In this document: piece after piece, positions 53,997 to 61,351 of the stretch
How positions within the stretch are numbered: the stretch's first letter is position 1
How the letters are laid out: each line of letters begins with the position of its first letter
Source: an uncultured Actinomycetes bacterium
Lineage (GTDB): Bacteria > Actinomycetota > Acidimicrobiia > Acidimicrobiales > RAAP-2
Direction of reading: 5' to 3'
Length of the DNA stretch: 64,000 nt
Assembly: GCA_903875425.1 (NCBI GenBank)
Contig: CAIQWC010000043.1
Coordinates: forward strand, 2,354 to 66,353
Notes under the pieces: model-generated
What the model saw: the letters and a program-made list of their open reading frames with translations, nothing else
The model's database searches: none
Told to the model about the DNA's origin: nothing
Translations under genes and position numbers: made by a program

Positions 53997-54719
53997 CTAG
54001 CGGAATAAGTCACCTTCGGGCGCGCGGACAACGTAGTCAACGACCGATCCTTCGCCGAACCAAGAATCAGGACAGCCTCTAATGATGGCAGCCGGGACCC
54101 CTGTTGCTTTGCCCATAACTAGTTCAGCGGCAGCGCATAGCTCATCAACAATGCAAACCTCGGTGGCTTCGAGGAGACGCCCATTGGCGTCGTAGGAGCC
54201 GCGCAAGTCCAAGATGGGTTTGATTCCGGAGCCACCGATGGCTACGTCGCAGACACCATTTCGCCATGCTCGGCCAAAGGTGTCGGATATCAAAACACCG
54301 ACCTCAACCCCGAGACTGCGCTGTAGCGCTCCGCGGAGTTTGCGCGCGGATCGATCGGGATCTACGGGAAGTAGCGCGGCCGTGCCATCATCCACGTTAG
54401 AAAGATCGACACCGGCGTTCGCACAGACGAAACCGTGTTCGGTCTCCACAATGACCAAGTCGCCTCGCCTACGAAGGACCCGCTTTGAGAGTGAGAGGAC
54501 AAGGTCACGCTTGGCAGCGCTGTCGCTGTGATCAAGGTAAACAATTTGTCCCTCGGCCTTGGATACGATCTTCTGGGTAACGACGAGGACGTCACCGTTA
54601 CGCAAGCGCTGATCGTCGGGCAGGGTGTTGAGTCCCGTAAGTAAGCCTTCGTGTAAGTCGTCGCCGATACCAATTTCACCGACGCCTTCAACGGGAATAA
54701 GCATGATGGCACTAGGCAT
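53997..54719 (-). CDS. cofE: Coenzyme F420-0:L-glutamate ligase, single-domain (240 aa)
   Basis: VVTQKIVSKAEG, CANAGVDLSN, SDTFGRAWRNGVCDVAIG and DELCAAAELVMGKATGVPAAIIRG. No C-terminal nitroreductase-like domain. Confidence 0.8.
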   Translation of the reverse strand: MPSAIMLIPVEGVGEIGIGDDLHEGLLTGLNTLPDDQRLRNGDVLVVTQKIVSKAEGQIVYLDHSDSAAKRDLVLSLSKRVLRRRGDLVIVETEHGFVCANAGVDLSNVDDGTAALLPVDPDRSARKLRGALQRSLGVEVGVLISDTFGRAWRNGVCDVAIGGSGIKPILDLRGSYDANGRLLEATEVCIVDELCAAAELVMGKATGVPAAIIRGCPDSWFGEGSVVDYVVRAPEGDLFR

Positions 54720-55635
54720 TCAAGACTGCTTCCGCGAGTGCCCGAGATATGGGACCGCCATCCATGATGGTGTCGGTGACAATACAGGTCATACCGAGCG
54801 CTTCGATAGCACCAGCAAGGTCGGCATCGGCGTGGTCGATCACGATGCTCGAGGCTAGATCCTGATAGAGGGTGGCCACACCAAAGGCGCTGGCCTCAAA
54901 ACCCAGTTCGCGCATAAGCCGGTCGGCGGGACCTTTGAGGGCGTTACCTCCCACGATGGGGGAGACACAAACCACCTGATCGCGCTTGGCCTGAAGGAGT
55001 TCGCTAACCCCCGGGATGGCCAGGAGTGGGCCAATAGAGACGAGGGGATTGGAGGGAGCGATCACAACGCGACTGGCCGCGGCGAGGGCCGATCGAGCTT
55101 GGTCAGTCAAGGTGGCTTCTTGGGCGGCCGAAAGATCAATGTGGCTAATGACCACATCGTGGTGAAACTTGACGAAGTATTCTTGGAAACTTATCGATGC
55201 TCCCATGCTCGTGGTGAATCGCGTGGGCATGAGATGGTTCGTCGCCGGCAACAAGGTCACAGGGCTACCGAGCTTGCTAGTGAGCTCAGCGGTTATCGTG
55301 GTGAGATCTGCTCCCTGAGCCAGGCGTTGGGTTCGGTAGAGGTGGGTAGCGAGGTCACGATCGCCGAGGCTGAACCAAGCTTCCCCTCCCAAAATTTCCA
55401 ACTCCTTCATCACTCGCCACGTTTCACCGGTGAGACCCCAGCCCGTCTCTTGGTTATTCAGTCCTGCCAGGGTGTAGGTAATGGTGTCAAGGTCCGGACA
55501 GATGCGCAGTCCGTGAAGGTCTAGGTCGTCCCCGGTATTCACGAGGCCGAAAAATTCCGAGGTATCGAGTACTTGAGATAGGGCGGCGAGTATCCTCGCC
55601 GCCCCGACTCCTCCGCTGAGGACGCACGTAGTCAT
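54712..55635 (-). CDS. cofD: 2-phospho-L-lactate (or EPPG) transferase
   Basis: LSGGVGAARIL, VNTGDDLDLHGLRICPDLDTITYTLAG and SNPLVSIGP. Confidence 0.85.
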   Translation of the reverse strand: MTTCVLSGGVGAARILAALSQVLDTSEFFGLVNTGDDLDLHGLRICPDLDTITYTLAGLNNQETGWGLTGETWRVMKELEILGGEAWFSLGDRDLATHLYRTQRLAQGADLTTITAELTSKLGSPVTLLPATNHLMPTRFTTSMGASISFQEYFVKFHHDVVISHIDLSAAQEATLTDQARSALAAASRVVIAPSNPLVSIGPLLAIPGVSELLQAKRDQVVCVSPIVGGNALKGPADRLMRELGFEASAFGVATLYQDLASSIVIDHADADLAGAIEALGMTCIVTDTIMDGGPISRALAEAVLNA

Positions 55636-55667
55636 GCGTTGAGGTTAGGGGAGGAGCGCTAGGTTCG

Positions 55668-56492
55668 ATGTCGATGGATATTTCATCCCTGTTCGGCACA
55701 TGGCCCGGGGAGCACCATGCCCTCGTAGGCCTTGACCTGTCGGGCCCTAAGCCTGAGGCTTTCCTCAGCTTGGGCGATAGCCAAGAGCACTACGCCTTAG
55801 CCTCGATAACCAAAGTGATCTCGGCGATGACACTCATGAGTGTGGTTGATGAGGGCTACGCCACGCTCGACGATGTCATCGATGATCGAGGCGTAACGCT
55901 TCGCATGGCGCTGAGCCACGCCGGTGGTTACGCGCCAGATACAGGGCGAATCTTGGCTGAGCCAGCGACCCGTCGAATCTATTCAAACCATGGCTACCTG
56001 GTTGCCGCTGAGCACGTGGCGTCGCAGCTTCGAACCCCCTTCGCGCAGCTGGTATCGGAGCACGTACTGGGACCACTTTCGATGAGCGAGACCACCAGTG
56101 ATGCGCATCCTGCCTACGGGGCCTTCGGTACGGTGGGTGATCTGAGTGTGTTGGTTCACGCACTGCTACATCCGCAGTTGCTGAGCGAGATGGCTCTATC
56201 AGCATTACGTAGTGTTCAGTATCCCGAGCTTGTCGGCGTGCTTCCCGGTTTTGGTCGTATGAATCCCTGTCCGTGGGGGGCGGGAGCCGAGGTTAAAGGT
56301 TCAAAGGTTCCTCACTGGAGCGGTGAAGCCTTCGGAACTGAATCCTTTGGACATTTTGGTCGTGCTGGCGGCTTTATTTTGGTAGACCCCACGACGTTGC
56401 TTGGAATTGTCGCCCTCGGCGACGTGGACTTTGGACCGTGGGCCGCACAGTTGTGGCCAGAGCTTACCGACGCGGTAGCCGCGCTGGCCTGA
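55668..56492 (+). CDS. Serine hydrolase (beta-lactamase/transpeptidase-like fold)
   Basis: SxxK motif in ASITKVISAM, with a later YSNHGY (YxN-like). Confidence 0.6.
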   Translation: MSMDISSLFGTWPGEHHALVGLDLSGPKPEAFLSLGDSQEHYALASITKVISAMTLMSVVDEGYATLDDVIDDRGVTLRMALSHAGGYAPDTGRILAEPATRRIYSNHGYLVAAEHVASQLRTPFAQLVSEHVLGPLSMSETTSDAHPAYGAFGTVGDLSVLVHALLHPQLLSEMALSALRSVQYPELVGVLPGFGRMNPCPWGAGAEVKGSKVPHWSGEAFGTESFGHFGRAGGFILVDPTTLLGIVALGDVDFGPWAAQLWPELTDAVAALA

Positions 56493-56532
56493 GGCTCCCT
56501 CATTGGCTCGGCGTAGATGCGAGAATGGAGCC

Positions 56533-57669
56533 ATGGTAAACGAGGAGATGTCGGCATTACCTCGTGTTGGCATCGATGCAACGGCGCTCTTGGGGCAGCC
56601 TACCGGTGTTGGCGTTTTCACTCGAGAACTCGTGCGTGCGCTAGCCGAGCGGAACCACGTTTCCCTTAGCGCCTTCGCGGTGAGTTGGCGACGGCGAGGA
56701 GAATTGGTGGGCAAGGTTCCCGCATCAGTTTCGCTGGAGCAACGAGCGATGCCGGCTCGGCCGCTCAAAGCTTTGTGGGCGCGTAGCGAGTTACCAAGTA
56801 TCGAGTCCTTCGTAGCGGATCTCGATGTCGTTCACGGCACCAACTTTACGGTGCCCCCTGCACGTCGATCGGGGAGAGTAGTTACGGTCCATGATTTAAC
56901 GTGCCTTCGTTACCCTGAAATGTGTCAACGTGACACGCTTCGCTACCCGGCACTCATTAAACGTGCCCTACGTCACGGAGCGATCGTGCACACGCCATCG
57001 GCCTATGTGGCCAACGAAGTGTGCGAGTACTTCGGCGTCGGCCACGACCGAGTGGTAGCAATTCACTCAGGGGTGCCGACGGCGCCAGCACCCGACTATC
57101 AGGCTGCCCGTGCTTTGCTTGGCGATGCGTGGCCCTATGTGATTTCCATTGCTACGGCCGAGCCTCGGAAGGATCTCCCGGGTCTCATTACTGGATTCGA
57201 TCGTGTCGCCGACGACGATAAAGACCTACGGCTTGTACTCGTAGGCCCTCAAGGCTGGGGCAGCCCAGCGCTTGAGCGAGCGATGGATTCCGTACGCCAT
57301 CGTGATCGGATTATGCAAACTGGATTTGTAGCGGATGCGACCCTGGCTGCGCTCATTGAGGGCGCACGGGTATTGGCCTACCCGTCGATCTATGAAGGCT
57401 TTGGCTTCCCGCCCTTGAGTGCCATGGCTCTTGGGGTGCCCGTGGTCGCGACCAAAGCGGGTTCACTCGATGAGGTAGTGGGCGGGGCAGCCCTGATGGT
57501 TTCTGTCGGCGATTCCGAAGCGCTGAGCGAGGCACTTATGGTTGCGGCACGTGACGAAGCGCAGCGCTCGATTCTTATCGCGGCAGGCTACGCGCGGGTT
57601 CAGGATTTTTCCTGGGACTCGACCGCGGCAAGTATGGAACAACTGTATCGACGGGCGGCTGCCCAATGA
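56533..57669 (+). CDS. Family 4 glycosyltransferase
   Basis: VGIDATALLGQPTGVGVF at the N-terminus and YEGFGFPPLSAMALGVPVVATKAGSLDEVVG at the C-terminus. The start is uncertain (TTG 56503, ATG 56533 or ATG 56548). Confidence 0.75.
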   Translation: MVNEEMSALPRVGIDATALLGQPTGVGVFTRELVRALAERNHVSLSAFAVSWRRRGELVGKVPASVSLEQRAMPARPLKALWARSELPSIESFVADLDVVHGTNFTVPPARRSGRVVTVHDLTCLRYPEMCQRDTLRYPALIKRALRHGAIVHTPSAYVANEVCEYFGVGHDRVVAIHSGVPTAPAPDYQAARALLGDAWPYVISIATAEPRKDLPGLITGFDRVADDDKDLRLVLVGPQGWGSPALERAMDSVRHRDRIMQTGFVADATLAALIEGARVLAYPSIYEGFGFPPLSAMALGVPVVATKAGSLDEVVGGAALMVSVGDSEALSEALMVAARDEAQRSILIAAGYARVQDFSWDSTAASMEQLYRRAAAQ

Positions 57670-58730
57670 GGCGCGTCATCATTGGGGTGGAGCAGTTACG
57701 CCAGCGTATTCCGGGCGGGATAGGCACCTATACGCGAGGCCTCCTCACAGGCTTAGCGGCGTTGCGTGATCCAGACTTTTCCTTTGTCCGTTTTGCTTCT
57801 AAAGGTTCGCGGCCCGATTCTTTGGCTGAGGGCGATTTTCCCCTCGTGACTTCGTCGTTAAGTCATCGGCTACAAATTCGCGCTTGGACGTGGGGACTAG
57901 GGTCATTCCCCGACGACGGCGATATCGCGCACCTTTGCTCATTCGCTGCGCCAATGGGGAGCAAGATGCCGAGTACGGCCATGGTGCACGACGTGTCGTG
58001 GCGGCGATTTCCTGAGCTGACCACTGCACGAGGTCGGCGGTGGCACGAGCGCCAACTCAAGCGACTCCTCGAATCATCCGCGACACTATTGGTTCCTTCG
58101 ACGAGGGTTCGCGATGACCTTACCGACGGAGGTGTTTCGGCGCATCGCATCACCGTGATTGGAGAGGGTGCTGATCACTTACCCGCACCCGATCGTGACG
58201 CAGCGAGAACGCTTCTCGCTCAACATGGCATCAGTGCCGCCTTCATTATTTGCGTTGCGACCTTGGAACCAAGAAAGAACTTGGTGCGACTGATTGAGGC
58301 TCATGCCAAGGCTCAGGCTCAGGGACTCGCTACACCCCTCGTCATCGTTGGACCTCGAGGGTGGGGTGCTGATCTCGCTCGTGAGAATACTGTTGTTATT
58401 GAAGGGCACGTCAGCCCCGACGTGCTCGCGGGGCTCTACGCCGAGGCCGCGCTGTTGGCCTACGTTCCGGTGGAAGAAGGATTTGGCTTACCCCCCCTTG
58501 AGGCCCTGTGGCAGGGAACGCCAGTTTTGGCTTCAACGGCGACCCCGAGCGTCGAAGGTAGCAAATCGGTGATTGTCGTTGACCCCCTCGACATCGACGC
58601 TATCGCTCGCGGACTAAGCGATGGTATCGAGCAAGCAGCGGAGTTGGCTGCTGGCGCACATCAGGCTGTACAAGCGCGTACCTGGCGTAGGGTCGCCGAG
58701 CACCATACGGCGATTTGGCGGAGTTTCTAG
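57666..58730 (+). CDS. Family 4 glycosyltransferase
   Basis: GGIGTYTRGLL at the N-terminus and EEGFGLPPLEALWQGTPVLAS at the C-terminus. ATGA overlap with the upstream GT4. Confidence 0.75.
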   Translation: MRRVIIGVEQLRQRIPGGIGTYTRGLLTGLAALRDPDFSFVRFASKGSRPDSLAEGDFPLVTSSLSHRLQIRAWTWGLGSFPDDGDIAHLCSFAAPMGSKMPSTAMVHDVSWRRFPELTTARGRRWHERQLKRLLESSATLLVPSTRVRDDLTDGGVSAHRITVIGEGADHLPAPDRDAARTLLAQHGISAAFIICVATLEPRKNLVRLIEAHAKAQAQGLATPLVIVGPRGWGADLARENTVVIEGHVSPDVLAGLYAEAALLAYVPVEEGFGLPPLEALWQGTPVLASTATPSVEGSKSVIVVDPLDIDAIARGLSDGIEQAAELAAGAHQAVQARTWRRVAEHHTAIWRSF

Positions 58731-59869
58731 TGGCCTATCGAGTGGGCCTTGATCTTTCGGCAGTCCCCGCACGACCAGCTGGTGCTGGTCGCTACTGCGT
58801 GGAGCTCGCAAAACAGTTGGATGCCCACGACATTGTTTCGTTAACGGCTATTACGAGACGCAATGATCAAGATCGCTGGGGTGGCATGCTGCCACATAGT
58901 GATCGCTTAGCCATAGTGCCTAATTCGCGGCCTATGCGGCTGCTCTATGAACAGCTTCGACTTGGTAGCCGGGCTGACCGAATGGGTCTGGACGTTTATC
59001 ACGGTCCCCATTATTCGTTACCGGCCCGACTATCGATCCCGATGGTGGCGACCATCCACGACTTGACCTTCTTTGATCACCCCGAGGTACACGAACAATC
59101 CAAAGTTCTCTACTTCCGCGGGGCTATCAAGCACGCGGCCAACCATGCCGCCGGGGTGATTTGCGATTCCGAACGCACGGCTCGACGGCTCAGTGAACTC
59201 TTCGATGTTGCAGGTGGCGTCACCGTGGCCGAACTTGGGATCGACCATGGTCGTTTTGCCCCTAGTCAAGACCATGAACAAGATGCTCGCTTACTGCATG
59301 GTGTTGGCGTTGACCTTGAGCGGCCACTCATGGTGTGCGTGGGTACCCTAGAGCCCCGAAAGGGCCTTACTACCTTGCTCGACGCCTTTGAGGCGCTCGC
59401 TCTGCATCATAAGACGGTTGAGCTCGTCATGGCGGGCCAACGGGGCTGGAATCTCGGTGAGTTTGACGCTCGGCTGGCTGCGTCTCCGTCGCGTGAGCGC
59501 ATCCGTGTTCTCGGCTACGTCGAAGATCCCGTGATTCCTGCGCTCTATCGACGCGCTACCGCAGTGATCTACCCCTCCATCGATGAAGGTTTTGGCCTTC
59601 CCGTAGTGGAAGCACTCGCGTGCGGAGCGATGGTCATTACTACCCAAGACTCAGTGATGGCCGACCTTGCTGGTTCAGCGGCGTGCTACGTACCCGCGCG
59701 CGATACTGAGGCGTTGAGCCAAGCCATGCGTGACGCCCTTGATCTCGGTTCACAACAGCGAGCTGACATCGCCCATGACGCACAAGAGCGCGCCCAGCGC
59801 TACACCTGGGCGAGGTGCGCGGAGGCCACGATGGGTGCCTATGCCAAAGCTATGGCGACTAACAGCTAG
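58730..59869 (+). CDS. Family 4 glycosyltransferase
   Basis: RPAGAGRYCVEL at the N-terminus and DEGFGLPVVEALACGAMVITT at the C-terminus. Start is GTG 58730 (shares one base with the upstream stop) or ATG 58715. Confidence 0.75.
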   Translation: MAYRVGLDLSAVPARPAGAGRYCVELAKQLDAHDIVSLTAITRRNDQDRWGGMLPHSDRLAIVPNSRPMRLLYEQLRLGSRADRMGLDVYHGPHYSLPARLSIPMVATIHDLTFFDHPEVHEQSKVLYFRGAIKHAANHAAGVICDSERTARRLSELFDVAGGVTVAELGIDHGRFAPSQDHEQDARLLHGVGVDLERPLMVCVGTLEPRKGLTTLLDAFEALALHHKTVELVMAGQRGWNLGEFDARLAASPSRERIRVLGYVEDPVIPALYRRATAVIYPSIDEGFGLPVVEALACGAMVITTQDSVMADLAGSAACYVPARDTEALSQAMRDALDLGSQQRADIAHDAQERAQRYTWARCAEATMGAYAKAMATNS

Positions 59870-59898
59870 TCCCGGTAGAACCGATAACCTTCCTACCC

Positions 59899-60783
59899 AT
59901 GCGAGCACTGATTACTGGGGGGGCAGGCTTCGTCGGGGCTCATCTCCGGGCTCACTTAGAAACCTTGGGAGATGAGGTCATCGTCACCGACCTCGAGGTT
60001 GACATCACCGATGCTCACGCCATCGCCAAGGTCGTGGCGTCGACGGCACCGAATGCGATCTATCACTTAGCGGCGATGAGTCATGTCGGTGAATCGTGGG
60101 ATACCCCCAGCACTGTGTTGAGTGTCAACGTTATTGGGACCGCTAATGTGCTGGCTGCTGCTCGCCGTGCAGAGGTTGAACGTGTTCTCATTACAAGCTC
60201 AGCCGACGTCTACGGCGCTGTGACCAAAGAACAACTACCCCTCACCGAGGACGCGGCACTAGCACCTGCTAACCCCTATGCCGCCTCGAAAGCCGCCGCC
60301 GAGATCATTGCTTTGCAGGCGTGGCGTAGTTTCGAACAAGGCGTGATCATCGCCCGTCCGTTCAACCACATCGGCCCTGGTCAGTCTCCACGCTTTGCGG
60401 TAGCTGGCTTGGCGGCGCGCCTTGTTGAAGCGAAACGAACGGGGGCGGGCACGCTCTCGGTCGGCAACCTGGCGGCTCGGAGAGATTTCACTGATGTCCG
60501 AGACATCGTGACTGGCTACCGGACATTGATCGAGACAGGAACTCCTGGTGAGATCTACAACCTGTGTTCAGGACATGACGTTTCGCTGGCGGAGATTGTG
60601 GAACGTTTGCAGGTGGTCGTGGGAACTCACGTTGAGCTCACGACTGATCCAGAACTACTGCGGCCTCTCGATACTCCGGTGCTACGAGGAGACGCAAGCA
60701 AGATCCATGACGCCCTAGGTTGGCGGCCGACCATCGATCTTGCACAATCACTCAGCGATATTGTCGCTGAGTTCGAGCGCTAA
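59899..60783 (+). CDS. NAD(P)-dependent sugar-nucleotide reductase/epimerase (GDP-6-deoxy-D-mannose reductase Rmd-like SDR)
   Basis: ALITGGAGFVGAHL, SSADVYG, YAASKAAAE (YxxxK), RPFNHIGPGQ and RRDFTDVRD. Confidence 0.7.
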   Translation: MRALITGGAGFVGAHLRAHLETLGDEVIVTDLEVDITDAHAIAKVVASTAPNAIYHLAAMSHVGESWDTPSTVLSVNVIGTANVLAAARRAEVERVLITSSADVYGAVTKEQLPLTEDAALAPANPYAASKAAAEIIALQAWRSFEQGVIIARPFNHIGPGQSPRFAVAGLAARLVEAKRTGAGTLSVGNLAARRDFTDVRDIVTGYRTLIETGTPGEIYNLCSGHDVSLAEIVERLQVVVGTHVELTTDPELLRPLDTPVLRGDASKIHDALGWRPTIDLAQSLSDIVAEFER

Positions 60784-61236
60784 CTAAAGCTCGGAGGCTT
60801 CTTGCGGAGCAGCCGCCTCGGAACTATCCGCGCTCGGTATCACCTTGTCGCGAATCTTCCCGCGGACCTCGGTACCGGTTTCGCGAGCTTTTCGCACGAC
60901 TTCGGCTGCACGTTCTGGAAGGCGGCCCTCAGCGGTCGCCACGGCTTCTTCAACTTTCGAAATCAGTGCTTCAACGCGTGAATCGGCCTGAAGGGCAAAA
61001 TCTTTAACACGAGTCTGCGATTCGCTAGGTAGTTTCTCAAAGAAAGCCTTCGCTTGACGTTGAATCTTGGCAGCACCCATGAGACCAAAACCGATTGCCG
61101 TATTGGCGGTGTCCTTGGCTTTGGAGGCCATCTCAGCCGCTGAGGGGGACGCGTCGCCCATCTTCGCCGCAGCGGCGCCTGCGGCATCGCTGAATCGCTG
61201 TTTGGCGCTTGCGCACCGGTCATCGTTCGTGTTCAT
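60784..61236 (-). CDS. Hypothetical helical, Ala/Lys/Glu-rich protein (no TM segment)
   Basis: A strong SD (AAGGAG) lies 6 nt before ATG 61236. The 150-aa ORF has an amphipathic-helix-like composition. No family was recognised. Confidence 0.5.
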   Translation of the reverse strand: MNTNDDRCASAKQRFSDAAGAAAAKMGDASPSAAEMASKAKDTANTAIGFGLMGAAKIQRQAKAFFEKLPSESQTRVKDFALQADSRVEALISKVEEAVATAEGRLPERAAEVVRKARETGTEVRGKIRDKVIPSADSSEAAAPQEASEL

Positions 61237-61351
61237 GGCTGACTCCTTATGCTCTTAGCCTCGAGAGCGCTTCGATGCAAAGTATAGCGATTGTTAAACG
61301 TTAGCAAGCACCCAAGAAGCGGTCATTTCGAGAACTAACCTCGGGAGCCTG

